From Alcaligenaceae bacterium (GTDB taxonomy: Bacteria > Pseudomonadota > Gammaproteobacteria > Burkholderiales > Burkholderiaceae_B): a stretch of 46,525 bases of DNA. The notes beneath the pieces are model-generated. The model was not told the origin of the DNA. It ran no database searches and was given only the letters and a program-made list of their open reading frames with translations. Location of the stretch: NCBI GenBank assembly GCA_029267415.1, contig JAJUIY010000001.1, forward strand, positions 1 to 46,525, given 5' to 3'. The position numbers and the translations under genes were made by a program. Positions 30,101 through 39,253 of the stretch are shown here, in pieces. Within the stretch, counting starts at the first letter, position 1. Each line of letters begins with the position of its first letter.

Positions 30101-30572
30101 GGAAGTAATGGAAGCAGCAGACGCAGCAAAAGCCACAGAAAGCGCCGCTCCGGAAATGACCGACGTTGACACAACTGAACCCGTGACGGCCGTGGCGGAA
30201 GAAGGCTCGACAGAAGCACGCGCGGCACAAGCCGTCGATGCCGAGGCGGCCGTCGACGCCAACGTTGCATCAGACAACGCCGAGAGCACCAATGTCGCAT
30301 CAGAAGGCACGGACCAGGTTGCCGAGCCTATTGCCGTAACCCAATCGCCGGCGCCGAAGGCCGACACGACGCGCCGTGCCAACGGAAACGGTGCGCTGCC
30401 CTCGTCCATTGCTCAGTCACTGGCAGCCGCCGGTCTTGAGCTTGTCGAGACCCGCAGCCAAGCTACCCAAACCGCGTATGACGCCCCGGCACCCCGGCTG
30501 GGTCGCCCTCGCAAGCCCGCCCCGTCGGTAGCGTCCGACGGACCCTTGCAACAGGTCGAAACCCGGCGCTAA
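27156..30572 (+). CDS. rne: Ribonuclease E
   Basis: 1138 aa. N-terminal S1/catalytic domain ([22 protein letters not shown]...). Zn-link [12 protein letters not shown]. Amphipathic membrane-targeting-like helix [13 protein letters not shown]. Arg-rich segments. A long acidic Ala/Glu/Thr-rich repetitive C-terminal scaffold. Confidence 0.95.
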   Translation: MKRMLFNATHQEELRVAIVDGQKLIDLDIETAGREQRKGNIYKGVITRIEPGLEACFVSYGEERHGFLPFKEVSRSYFKEGVDVRSARIQDALTEGQELIIQVEKEERGNKGAALTTFISLAGRYLVLMPNNPRGGGVSRRVEGEDRQELRETMEQLDIPQGMSIIARTAGIGRTVEELQWDLSYLLQLWNAIDAAARDNPAPVLIYLESSLVIRAIRDYFSPEIGEILIDTDDIYEQASAFMSVVMPDNVQRVKRYRDDIPLFSRFQIEHQIETAYSRNVQLPSGGSVVIDHTEALVAIDVNSARSTRGADIEETALRTNLEAADEVARQLRLRDLGGLIVIDFIDMEDNKNQRVVEQRLRDALRLDRARVQMGKISRFGLMELSRQRLRPALNEGSHITCPRCTGTGVIRDVESSALHVLRLLQEEAMKEGTAALHAQVPVDVATFLLNEKRADISKIESRLKVTMVLIPNKNLETPHHNIERLRHDDPRLDDDKTSVDLSHEQDEDVTSWTPRRAQDAKERPEALVKRITPAQPAPSSNGLATAGPQAAPSDEPGLVKRLIAWLTGAATATPESEPAPEPARKPRSASNRHRSSRSGEPRSDRQRSRRPERRSDNADGAPTQQTRSTRSRRQADPETATASTNSGNRSAAEAATSQRDSSTQESSTRTGRSRRSRGRQRNDGNRQARTQQQVSDNMQTSVASTDTAAAAAAGAADAAAQNAVPTPVSQPQTTQPEANGTAAASVDHGDANVSQQTAGKPEDDSVQPERGNRRRRRRPRRGRRSDNAETTVNAATATQADTVDTASTESGATPAPATPGETTQAVANVETPRQDAERSEAVAQAQQVETAARADAVTTEPQAPEADAAEPVKATETVEATEAAQPVETAQAVKTAQLVETAQALEKAQSVVTAQAVETVQTVETTQSAETSEADKTVVAGEPVESADATTGAEATETAEAPEATETAEAPEAAEAAPEAAEVMEAADAAKATESAAPEMTDVDTTEPVTAVAEEGSTEARAAQAVDAEAAVDANVASDNAESTNVASEGTDQVAEPIAVTQSPAPKADTTRRANGNGALPSSIAQSLAAAGLELVETRSQATQTAYDAPAPRLGRPRKPAPSVASDGPLQQVETRR
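29766..30150 (+). repeat. In-frame degenerate tandem repeats inside the rne C-terminal region
   Basis: 18-bp periodic units encode V-E-T-A-Q-A variants ([46 protein letters not shown]). A 27-bp unit GAAGCAACAGAAACAGCGGAAGCGCCT is repeated at 30018-30044 and 30045-30071 with one mismatch. Confidence 0.85.
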
Positions 30573-30642
30573 GCGCGGACCCACGGCCCGCAACCGCGGG
30601 CCGGGCCCTGTCCCAACCCTGGCTTCGAGGGAACAACCTCAC

Positions 30643-30690
30643 AACACCCCAAACGTTTGGAACATCCACCAACGTTTGAGGTGTTCTTCT
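30643..30690 (+). terminator. Candidate rne terminator hairpin
   Basis: AACACC-C-CAAACGTT (13-nt loop) AACGTTTG-A-GGTGTT, 14 bp with a 1x1 mismatch, followed by a weak T-tract CTTCT. Confidence 0.35.
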
Positions 30691-30719
30691 ATGTGCACCC
30701 CAGGCATACGTCAGGCAGC

Positions 30720-30755
30720 AAAAAGCCCGAGCCGACAAAACGCCGTGCTCGGGCT
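30720..30755 (-). terminator. Intrinsic terminator downstream of accD
   Basis: On the minus strand AGCCCGAGC (14-nt loop) GCTCGGGCT is followed by TTTT. It lies about 30 nt after the accD stop. Confidence 0.6.
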
Positions 30756-30783
30756 TGATCCGTAATAGTAGTTTTCGTTGCTG

Positions 30784-31665
30784 CTAAGCGTTCCCGTTGA
30801 TGATGTCGTCGGGTTGACGCATCAGCAACGCCAGCAAGCGCGCCAACTCTTGGCGCATTTCGCGACGGTCTACCACCATGTCAACGGCGCCCTTCTCTAA
30901 CAGAAATTCGGCGCGCTGGAAACCTTCGGGCAGCGTTTCACGTACGGTTTGTTCGATAACCCGCGGCCCGGCAAAGCCGATCAGCGCCTTGGGTTCGGCA
31001 ATGACCACATCACCCATAAACGCAAAACTGGCCGACACGCCCCCCATGGTGGGGTCGGTCAGGACGCTGATGAACGGCAGGCCCTTTTGCGCTAAACGCG
31101 TAAGAATCGCGTTGGTTTTGGCCATCTGCATGAGCGAAAACAAGCTTTCCTGCATGCGGGCGCCACCCGAGGCCGCCACGCAAATAAAGGGCGTACGATG
31201 CTCGATGGCGGCTTGGACACCGCGTACAAAGCGCTCGCCAACCACCGAACCCATCGAGCCACCCATGAATTCGAATTCGAAGCACGACATCACCACCGGC
31301 ACCGACATAATGCATCCACGCATGGTGACCAGGGCCTCGGATTCGCCCGTGTTTTTGGTGGCTTCCGACACTCGGTCCGGATACTTGCGGCTGTCCCGAA
31401 ACTTCAGAGGGTCCATGGGACGGATGTTTTGACCGATCTCTACGCGCCCTTCGGCATCCAGCAAGGCATCGATACGGTCGCGCGCGCCAATGCGCATGTG
31501 ATGGCTGCACCGCGGGCAAACGTTCAAGGTTGCTTTCAGGTCTTCCCGATACAGAACCGCTTCGCATGACGGGCACTTGGCCCACACGCCTTCAGGAACC
31601 CGTTTATTGGCGGCCTCATTGCGCTTATTGATGCGCGGAGGCAATATTTTTTCAATCCAGCTCAT
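30784..31665 (-). CDS. accD: Acetyl-CoA carboxylase carboxyltransferase subunit beta
   Basis: 293 aa. N-terminal Zn-ribbon CPSCEAVLY...CPRCSHH, then the carboxyltransferase domain. Overlaps the trpA stop by 4 nt. Confidence 0.95.
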   Translation of the reverse strand: MSWIEKILPPRINKRNEAANKRVPEGVWAKCPSCEAVLYREDLKATLNVCPRCSHHMRIGARDRIDALLDAEGRVEIGQNIRPMDPLKFRDSRKYPDRVSEATKNTGESEALVTMRGCIMSVPVVMSCFEFEFMGGSMGSVVGERFVRGVQAAIEHRTPFICVAASGGARMQESLFSLMQMAKTNAILTRLAQKGLPFISVLTDPTMGGVSASFAFMGDVVIAEPKALIGFAGPRVIEQTVRETLPEGFQRAEFLLEKGAVDMVVDRREMRQELARLLALLMRQPDDIINGNA

Positions 31666-32504
31666 AAGTTTTCTCTCACACCTTGCAACCAGCTTGCCGC
31701 CGCGTCAATAGCGGCCTGATCAGCCTGTGCCGGCGTTTTGCCCTGGTCGTGCGCTTGCACCACCGCGGCTTCCATAGTTTCGATCAGCTTGCTGCCAATA
31801 ACGACAGCGTCAGCGAACTCGCCCAAGCGGCGGGCGCTGTCCGCGTCGCGGATGCCAAAGCCGACACCCACTGGAATGGGTACGTGCTGGCGGATGCGCT
31901 CGAGACGGCGGGCCACGTCGGCAACATCAAGGTTGCCCGCACCGGTGACGCCCTTGAGCGACACGTAATACACATACCCGCGCGCCACCTGGCCTACCAA
32001 GGCCATGCGCGTTTCAGTTGATGTGGGGGCCAGCAAAAAGATGGGGTCAATGTTTGCCTGCTGTAGCAGTGTGGCAAACTCTTCGCATTCTTCGGGTGGA
32101 TAGTCGACCGTAAGAACACCGTCTACACCTGCTTGCTGAGCCAGGTCAACAAAAACTTGTTGACCCATGCGTTCGATCGGGTTGGCATACCCCATCAACA
32201 CGACCGGCGTCTCGGTATCGTCACGCCGGAACTGGGCAACCATGTCCAGCACCTGGTGCAGGCCAACACCGCGTTTTACCGCACGTTCGGAGGCCCGCTG
32301 AATAACCGGACCATCGGCCATGGGGTCGGAAAAAGGCACACCCAGCTCTATGATATCGGCGCCGGCCTTGACCAGCGCGTGCATCAGACGCGGCGTGGCG
32401 TCGATGGAGGGGTCGCCGGCGGTGATATAGGGCACCAGTGCAGCGCGGCCTTGGGTGCGCTGGAACGCGTTACGTATACGTTGATTGGAATTGTTGGCTG
32501 TCAT
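31662..32504 (-). CDS. trpA: Tryptophan synthase alpha chain
   Basis: Homology starts at [14 protein letters not shown] (ATG at 32504, preceded by GGGGG, 280 aa). The ORF track extends 22 codons further upstream into trpB. Motif [17 protein letters not shown]. Confidence 0.92.
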   Translation of the reverse strand: MTANNSNQRIRNAFQRTQGRAALVPYITAGDPSIDATPRLMHALVKAGADIIELGVPFSDPMADGPVIQRASERAVKRGVGLHQVLDMVAQFRRDDTETPVVLMGYANPIERMGQQVFVDLAQQAGVDGVLTVDYPPEECEEFATLLQQANIDPIFLLAPTSTETRMALVGQVARGYVYYVSLKGVTGAGNLDVADVARRLERIRQHVPIPVGVGFGIRDADSARRLGEFADAVVIGSKLIETMEAAVVQAHDQGKTPAQADQAAIDAAASWLQGVRENL

Positions 32505-32517
32505 TCGTACCCCCGCC

Positions 32518-33717
32518 CTACAGTGTGATGCCGCTGTATTGGGCGACTGTGTGCATGTCTTTGTCGCCACGGCCGGACAGGCTTACCAAAATAACCTGGT
32601 CTTTACTGAGTGTGGGTGCCAGCCGCACGGCATGCGCAATGGCGTGCGACGACTCGAGCGCGGGCATGATGCCTTCCGTCCGGCAGCAATCATGAAACGC
32701 CTGCAAGGCCTCGTCATCGGTGACGGTGACATATTGCGCGCGGCCGCTGTCTTTCAGCCAAGCGTGCTCCGGCCCCACACCGGGGTAGTCCAGCCCGGCC
32801 GAAATGGAGTGCGTCTCCATGACCTGGCCATTTTCGTCTTGAATGACATACGTTCGGTTGCCATGCAGTACACCGACCTGCCCGGCGTTGAGCGAGGCAG
32901 CGTGACGGCCGGTTTCGATACCGTCGCCGGCAGCTTCAACACCTACCAGCTTCACGCTGTTGTCGCTGATGTACGGGTAGAAAATACCCATGGCGTTGGA
33001 ACCGCCACCCACCGACGCCAGCACATAATCTGGTTGCCGACCTACGTGTTCTTGCATTTGCTCGATGCTTTCGGTGCCGATAACGGACTGGAAGTCGCGC
33101 ACCATGGCCGGGTACGGGTGAGGCCCCGCCACCGTGCCAATAATGTAAAACGTATTCTCGACATTGGTGACCCAGTCGCGCATGGCTTCATTGAGCGCAT
33201 CTTTAAGGGTGCACGAGCCCGAATCGACCGAGACCACCTGGGCGCCCAGCAACTTCATTCGGTATACGTTCTGAGCCTGACGGCGAACGTCTTCACTGCC
33301 CATGTACACCACGCACTCAAGCCCGTAGCGCGCCGCTACAGTGGCCGTGGCCACGCCGTGCTGACCGGCGCCGGTTTCGGCAATAATGCGCGGCTTGCCC
33401 ATGCGACGTGCCAGCAGAATTTGGCCAATGCAGTTGTTGATTTTGTGGGCACCCGTGTGATTAAGGTCTTCACGCTTGAACCAGATCTGGGCACCTCCGA
33501 GCTTTTCTGACCACCGCCGCGCATGATAGATGGGGCTGGGCCGACCAACAAAATGGGCCAGTTCGTACGCGAACTCGCGTTGGAAGTCGGGGGCAGAACG
33601 GTACTTGGAATAGGCTTGCTTCAGCTCGTCCAGAGCATGAACCAGAGTTTCGGCGACGAAGGACCCGCCATACTGGCCGAAATGTCCGGAGTCGTCGGGC
33701 AAATTATAGGGTTTCAA
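32518..33717 (-). CDS. trpB: Tryptophan synthase beta chain
   Basis: PLP enzyme ([17 protein letters not shown]). The likely start is the TTG at 33717 ([18 protein letters not shown]), preceded by AGGA. The ORF track begins 17 codons upstream at another TTG. Confidence 0.92.
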   Translation of the reverse strand: MKPYNLPDDSGHFGQYGGSFVAETLVHALDELKQAYSKYRSAPDFQREFAYELAHFVGRPSPIYHARRWSEKLGGAQIWFKREDLNHTGAHKINNCIGQILLARRMGKPRIIAETGAGQHGVATATVAARYGLECVVYMGSEDVRRQAQNVYRMKLLGAQVVSVDSGSCTLKDALNEAMRDWVTNVENTFYIIGTVAGPHPYPAMVRDFQSVIGTESIEQMQEHVGRQPDYVLASVGGGSNAMGIFYPYISDNSVKLVGVEAAGDGIETGRHAASLNAGQVGVLHGNRTYVIQDENGQVMETHSISAGLDYPGVGPEHAWLKDSGRAQYVTVTDDEALQAFHDCCRTEGIMPALESSHAIAHAVRLAPTLSKDQVILVSLSGRGDKDMHTVAQYSGITL

Positions 33718-33825
33718 GGCTTTAATCCTGGTAGTGCGACAACAAAATGCAGCATCGCATGTCGTCAAGATGACGCAAGTAAACAGTCTATTTTAACAGC
33801 CCGCGCGCCGCTTGAGTGCAATGCC

Positions 33826-36267
33826 CTACTGCCGGGCAGCGCTGACGCCCGGGATCTCATTAAGTGCCCCCAAGGCTTGCCGGATCTGCTCGCCATTACG
33901 CACTTCGACCGTAAAGATCATGTGTGCCAACGAACGACGGCTTTGCGTATTGATGCCCACCACATTCAGACGCAGGCGTGCAAACACTTCTGACAAATCT
34001 CGCAAGAGGTCGCTGCGAGACGGCGCACGAATACTGATGTCGACCGGATACACTGACTGGCCGGTATCCCCCCACGTCACGTCGATCAGGCGCTCCGGCT
34101 GGCGCAAAGCAAGCGCTTTGTACGACGCGCAATCACTGCGGTGGATCGACACACCGCGGCCGCGGGTAATGAAACCGGAAATTTCATCCGGCGGCGCGGG
34201 ACGGCAGCAACGAGCCAGCTGCGTAAGCAAGGCGTCGACGCCCACTACCAGCACCCCGCTTTTGCCAGTGCGGTCCACGCTGTCAGTGCCACTGGAAAAC
34301 GGCCGCGGCAACTCGGGCTCGTCCGAAGACTCGGCATCCTGACGAAGCGCCTGGTCGATCTGGCGCAGGCTAAATTCATCTTTGGCAACCGCGACGTATA
34401 GATCATCGCTTCGCGCAAACCCCAGTTGGTGCGCGAGTTGCTCAAGGTTGATGGCAGTTTTACCCAACCGCTGCAGTTCTTTCTCGACCATGGCCTGGCC
34501 TTGGCTGATACGTTCCTGCAACTCGATGGCGTTAAACCAGGCCCGCACTTTTGCCCGCGATCGCGAACTGGCCAGAAACCCCAGTTGCGGGTTTAACCAG
34601 TCGCGCGAAGGCCCACCCGACTTCGCAGCAATAATTTCTACCGTTTGCCCCGTTTTCAGCTTGGTAAGCAAGGGCACCATTTGCCCGTCAACCCGCGCAC
34701 CACGACAACGATGTCCAAGGTCGGTGTGCAACGAGTAAGCAAAATCGATGGGTGTGGCGCCGTCCGGCAGCTCGATGACACGCGCCTGCGGCGTCAGCAC
34801 ATAGATACGCTCGGGTTTACTGTCCTGAGCGCCCGGCGCTTCTTCCGCACCCGGACCGTGCTGACGGGCCCCGGCTTTAGCAACTTTCTCTTCCGCCTCG
34901 GCGGCATCCACGCCGTCAAAGGCCAACAGCTGACGCATCCAGGCAATTTGCCGATCGTAGCGACTGATAGCTGCCTCTTGACCACCACGCGCTCCGGCCT
35001 CTTTGTAGCGCCAGTGCGCCGCCATCCCGTACTCGGCAAACTCGTGCATTTCATGCGTACGAATCTGGATTTCAAATCGTCGGCCCTGATCGTCCATCAC
35101 CACTGTGTGCAACGACCGATAACCATTTGGCTTGGGCCGCGAGATGTAATCATCGAATTCGTCTGGAATCGGCGTCCACAAGGCATGCGCCAGAGCCAGT
35201 GCGGCATAACAGGCGCGCTCGTCGTCAACAATCACACGCAGCGCGCGCAGATCGGAAAGCTCGCCAAAATCCAACCCCTTGATCCGCATCTTGTTCCAGA
35301 TGCTGTAGATATGCTTGGGCCGGCCAGTAACTTTGGCCGGAATATTGGCATCCGCCAACGCGTCTTGCAATATGCCCACCACCTTGGCAATAAATGCTTC
35401 GCGCTCAACACGCTTTTCTTCGAGCTGGCGGGCAATCGACTTATACGTTTCGGGCTCAAGAAAACGGAAGGCCAGGTCTTCCATTTCCCACTTCAATTGC
35501 CAGATCCCCAGCCGGTTGGCCAGTGGCGTGTACAGCTCAAGTGTTTCTTTAGCCAGTGCGGGCGGGCACGGGACTTTGGACGCCGCATACCACGACAAGG
35601 TTTGCAAGCGCGACGCCGAGCGCATCACCACAATACGTAAATCAGCCGCCATCGCCAGCAACATTTTGCGCTGCATTTCCTTCTGGTCACTGCCATGCAC
35701 TGTGACGTCACTGGCCTGACCGGTAATGGTTCCCAGCCTTAACAGCGCGCGCGTGCCCTGCACCAGCGACACCACTTCGGCACCAAACTCGCGTGTCATG
35801 GATTCGAGGTCACGTTTGAAGGGAGCGGGTGCTGACGCATCGCGCTCACGCCTGGCTGAGGCGGCAGATGACGCACCACGGTCTCGATTGGTGGATGCGA
35901 CCGCTGCACCAGCATGTTGCGCAGCCTGCGAGTCCGGACCCGTCTCGGCGACACCCGTTCGCGCGTCCGTGCCCGGATTTCCATCCAGAGTAACGGGCGC
36001 GGCGTCCTGATCGGGCGGCAGTGTGGTCAACAGCGCCGCCGTGCGCATTGCGGCGTCCGAACCCAGACGCGCCAAAATCAGAACAACATTGGCACAGTGT
36101 GAATCCAGTGGCTCGCCCGTACTTGCCTTCTTGCCCGCCAGCACCGGCGCCACCCATTCCACAGCGCGTGCCAGCATTTGACGACCGTCGTCGTCCAGGC
36201 CAGCACTTGCCCGCTGCAGCCATTGCGGGCTGAACATCGGTTCTTTGGTGTGAGTAACGGGAGGCAT
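33826..36267 (-). CDS. relA: RelA/SpoT-homolog (p)ppGpp synthetase, RelA-type (degenerate hydrolase domain)
   Basis: 813 aa. Synthetase motifs (RPKHIYSIWNKM, YRSLHTVV, EIQIRTHEMH), a TGS domain and a C-terminal ACT-like domain. The positions of the hydrolase H-P and H-D motifs read SHC and LLTT. An alternative start is at Met11 (36237). Confidence 0.88.
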   Translation of the reverse strand: MPPVTHTKEPMFSPQWLQRASAGLDDDGRQMLARAVEWVAPVLAGKKASTGEPLDSHCANVVLILARLGSDAAMRTAALLTTLPPDQDAAPVTLDGNPGTDARTGVAETGPDSQAAQHAGAAVASTNRDRGASSAASARRERDASAPAPFKRDLESMTREFGAEVVSLVQGTRALLRLGTITGQASDVTVHGSDQKEMQRKMLLAMAADLRIVVMRSASRLQTLSWYAASKVPCPPALAKETLELYTPLANRLGIWQLKWEMEDLAFRFLEPETYKSIARQLEEKRVEREAFIAKVVGILQDALADANIPAKVTGRPKHIYSIWNKMRIKGLDFGELSDLRALRVIVDDERACYAALALAHALWTPIPDEFDDYISRPKPNGYRSLHTVVMDDQGRRFEIQIRTHEMHEFAEYGMAAHWRYKEAGARGGQEAAISRYDRQIAWMRQLLAFDGVDAAEAEEKVAKAGARQHGPGAEEAPGAQDSKPERIYVLTPQARVIELPDGATPIDFAYSLHTDLGHRCRGARVDGQMVPLLTKLKTGQTVEIIAAKSGGPSRDWLNPQLGFLASSRSRAKVRAWFNAIELQERISQGQAMVEKELQRLGKTAINLEQLAHQLGFARSDDLYVAVAKDEFSLRQIDQALRQDAESSDEPELPRPFSSGTDSVDRTGKSGVLVVGVDALLTQLARCCRPAPPDEISGFITRGRGVSIHRSDCASYKALALRQPERLIDVTWGDTGQSVYPVDISIRAPSRSDLLRDLSEVFARLRLNVVGINTQSRRSLAHMIFTVEVRNGEQIRQALGALNEIPGVSAARQ

Positions 36268-36322
36268 ACTGGGTTTAAGCTCTGCTATCGTCTACGATGA
36301 GTTGTCATTGTAATAACCCTGT

Positions 36323-36841
36323 GTGACCATGTCCCGGAAAAAGACCCTGCTGATCGTATGGCATTCGCGTACCGGTGCCGCACGGCAAATGGCCGACGCC
36401 GCCCGACAAGGGGCCGAAGACGTCGCAACCGAACTCCAGGCGCACGACCAAATCGACATCATTGTGAAGCGGGCCAGAGACGCCGATGCCGATGACCTGC
36501 TTGGTGCCGACGGCTACGTGTTCTGTGCGCCCGAAAACCTGGCATCCCTTAGCGGTGAGATGAAGGAATTCTTCGACCGCAATTATTACGCCGTGCTCGA
36601 GCAATTGAACGGTCGGCCGTATGTGCTGTTGATCAGCGCGGGTTCGGACGGTTCGATGGCGGCCAAGCAGGCGGCCCGGATCTGCACCGGGTGGCGTTTA
36701 AGCGAAGCGGCACCTACGCTGATTGTGAACATGCAGGCACAGACCGCAGAAGAGATTTGGGCGCCAAAGCAGATAACGGAGCAACACAGGGCGGATTGCC
36801 ATGAAAAGGGCGGGACAGTGGCGGCGCTATTGTTGTTGTGA
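36323..36841 (+). CDS. Flavodoxin-like fold / NAD(P)H-dependent FMN reductase family protein
   Basis: 172 aa. The N-terminal KKTLLIVWHSRTGAARQMA pattern is typical of flavodoxin-like proteins. An ATG at 36329 is an alternative to the GTG at 36323. Confidence 0.7.
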   Translation: MTMSRKKTLLIVWHSRTGAARQMADAARQGAEDVATELQAHDQIDIIVKRARDADADDLLGADGYVFCAPENLASLSGEMKEFFDRNYYAVLEQLNGRPYVLLISAGSDGSMAAKQAARICTGWRLSEAAPTLIVNMQAQTAEEIWAPKQITEQHRADCHEKGGTVAALLLL

Positions 36842-36858
36842 TGTGCGGCGGGGGCAGG

Positions 36859-36908
36859 CAACGGTTTTTGGGTGCGTGGCATGCAACGGTTTTTGGGTGG
36901 GTAGCATG
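36859..36908. repeat. 25-bp tandem direct repeat (2 units)
   Basis: GCAACGGTTTTTGGGTGCGTGGCAT / GCAACGGTTTTTGGGTGGGTAGCAT, 23 of 25 identical, immediately after the flavodoxin-like gene stop. Confidence 0.85.
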
Positions 36909-37086
36909 CGGGCGCCGTGCCAACTGGGCGGGGACCGGTTCATCGCAGGCCGAGGTCGTGCCAACCGCGCGGGGGCGGGTTGCTCGGCCTGATCGCTGGC
37001 GCGAAAAAATCGGCTGTCGCTAACCCGCCCCCACCCGTTCCGGTATATCTGTAGCTTCTCTCGGTTTTTGCGGCCTTTGCCTGCTG

Positions 37087-37166
37087 CAAGCCGGGACATG
37101 ACGTGATTGCCGCGGGCGACTTCGCGTAAGCGCTAAGCCAAGGCAACGCGGCATGGCACGGCCCCC
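37087..37166. repeat. Dispersed ~80-bp intergenic repeat, copy A
   Basis: CAAGCCGGGACATGACGTGATTGCCGCGGGCGACTTCGCGTAAGCGCTAAGCCAAGGCAACGCGGCATGGCACGGCCCCC. Nearly identical to 42836-42914 (3 substitutions by my alignment), same orientation. Confidence 0.9.
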
Positions 37167-37238
37167 ACCTATTGGCATGTACCCGTGCCAGCAACGTTTG
37201 ATACGCCCTTAGCCCGCTGCAAGCCGTGCCAACGACCA

Positions 37239-38414
37239 TTATGGTGGAGGCAGATCAAACACTTGCCGCAGATACGCCAAATACGCCGGGTCATCGCACA
37301 TGGTCTTTTCCGGCGCATCAGACACCTTAGCCACGGGCTGTCCATTACAACGCACCATTTTCATAACAATTTGCAGTGGTTCGTGGCCCAGGTCGTTGGT
37401 CAGGTTGGTGCCAATACCAAAGGACACCTTGCAACGCCCGGCAAAATGTTTCGCCAGCTCAATGGCCTTGGGTATCGTCAATGCATCGGAGAACACCAGC
37501 GTTTTCGCGCGCGGGTCGACACGGTTGGCCTGGTAGTGCGCCAACATACGCTCACCCCACTCGAAGGGGTCGCCGGAGTCGTGGCGTGCGCCGTCAAACA
37601 ACTTGCAGAAGTACATGTCGAAATCGCGCAAGAAGGCATCGAGGCCGTAGACGTCGGACAACGCGATGCCGAGGTCACCCCGGTATTCGCGTGCCCACAC
37701 TTCGAGCGCAAATACTTGTGAGTCGCGCAGCCGCGGGCCCAGGGCCTGGCATGCCTGCAAGTATTCGTGCCCCATGGTACCCAGTGGCGTCACGTCGTGC
37801 TTCATGGCCAGCCAGACGTTACTGGTGCCCGCGAAGTGTTTGCCCATCTGCTCTTTCATGGTGATGACTACTTCTTCATGCCACTTCTTGGAGAAGCGAC
37901 GGCGGGTCCCGTACTCGGCCACACGGAAGTCGTCCAGGGCGGGGTCGTCAACCACCAGACACATTTTCTCTTGCAAGCGGCGACGGCCTTCTTCCCAGTC
38001 GGGATTCTTGAAGGTGTTACGGAAGTAGACCTCGTTAATAATGGCCAACACCGGAATTTCGAACAAAATGGTGTGCAGCCACGGGCCCTTCACCGTAACG
38101 GAAATCTCACCCGGCTTTTCACCCTCGGTGATCGAAATGCATTTTTCGGGCATCTGAAACAGGCCCAGAAAGTCAGCAAAGTCGCTCTTGATGAAGCGCA
38201 GGCTGCGCAGATAGTCAAGTTCGCTTTCGGTAAAGCGCAGCTGGCACAGGTGGTGCACTTCTTCGCGGATTTCGTCGATATACGGGCTCAGGTTGATGCC
38301 AGGCGTGCGGCATTTATAGCGGTATTCGACGTTTGCCGCCGGAAAATGGTGCAAGACCACCTGCATCATGGTGAACTTGTAAAGGTCGGTGTCAAGCAAA
38401 GAGGTAATGATCAT
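37239..38414 (-). CDS. pncB: Nicotinate phosphoribosyltransferase
   Basis: Homology begins at [18 protein letters not shown] (ATG at 38414, 391 aa). The ORF track continues 50 codons further upstream without homology. Confidence 0.92.
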   Translation of the reverse strand: MIITSLLDTDLYKFTMMQVVLHHFPAANVEYRYKCRTPGINLSPYIDEIREEVHHLCQLRFTESELDYLRSLRFIKSDFADFLGLFQMPEKCISITEGEKPGEISVTVKGPWLHTILFEIPVLAIINEVYFRNTFKNPDWEEGRRRLQEKMCLVVDDPALDDFRVAEYGTRRRFSKKWHEEVVITMKEQMGKHFAGTSNVWLAMKHDVTPLGTMGHEYLQACQALGPRLRDSQVFALEVWAREYRGDLGIALSDVYGLDAFLRDFDMYFCKLFDGARHDSGDPFEWGERMLAHYQANRVDPRAKTLVFSDALTIPKAIELAKHFAGRCKVSFGIGTNLTNDLGHEPLQIVMKMVRCNGQPVAKVSDAPEKTMCDDPAYLAYLRQVFDLPPP

Positions 38415-38673
38415 TACGCTAATAGAAAGTGGCTCCGCGGCCGATGGGCGGAGAAGCAGAAACGGCCGGAAACGCAATAACCCGCTTGGCTTTCCGGTCA
38501 ATCCGTACTTACGATTGGTTAATTGGTTAAAATTGGATATTGCAATGCAACAGCCCATGCCCAAACCGAGCCGGCGACTTTGCCTGGCTCGTGGTTTCGA
38601 AGCATTCAGTTCTTCTTAATAGTATGACACCTCTTTTCCTTGCTGTTGCGGTATTCATGCCGGAGCTTATCGA

Positions 38674-38997
38674 ATGACTCACGTCGTCACTGAAAACTGT
38701 ATTAAATGTAAATTTACCGACTGCGTTGATGTATGTCCGGTAGATTGTTTTCTGGAAGGACCCAATTTTTTGGTGATTGACCCCGATGAATGCATCGACT
38801 GCGCAGTCTGCGTTCCCGAGTGCCCGGCCAACGCCATTTATGCGGAAGAAGACGTCCCCGAAGACCAGGTTCAGTTTATTGAGCTGAACGCCGAACTCAC
38901 GCAGGTATTTACCCCGATCAACCGCACTAAAGAGTCGCTGCCCGATGCAGACGACTGGAATGGTGTTGAAGGAAAGTTGCAGTACCTGGAGCGCTGA
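38674..38997 (+). CDS. fdxA: 7Fe ferredoxin (FdxA type)
   Basis: 107 aa. [26 protein letters not shown] plus the [12 protein letters not shown] cluster motifs. GGAG SD. Confidence 0.93.
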   Translation: MTHVVTENCIKCKFTDCVDVCPVDCFLEGPNFLVIDPDECIDCAVCVPECPANAIYAEEDVPEDQVQFIELNAELTQVFTPINRTKESLPDADDWNGVEGKLQYLER

Positions 38998-39253
38998 CCG
39001 CATCGGTAACGTACGGCTCCCGGCGCGTAACCAACGCATAGTTGCAAGGCAGGGGCGTCAACAAAACGCAACGGCGCCCGCCTGGCTGGGGGTGGCTTCT
39101 AATAATTCACATTAACTTATTACCGAACTTGCAGTAAGCTGTCTTAAGCTGTTTTCTGTGTGCCCAATCGTGAAAATGGGTTAAACATCGTAATCCGGCA
39201 TCACGCTTGCCCTGTAACCCGGCACACAATATCAACCTTAAGGCAGTCTGACT

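Noticed and set aside
29049-30409. Minus-strand ORFs (296 aa, 222 aa and others) with striking Cys/Phe/Arg or Ala/Ser/Val repeats opposite the rne C-terminal region.
   Set aside because: Their repetitiveness is just the reverse complement of the in-frame Ala/Glu/Thr repeats of RNase E. There is no independent start context or motif.
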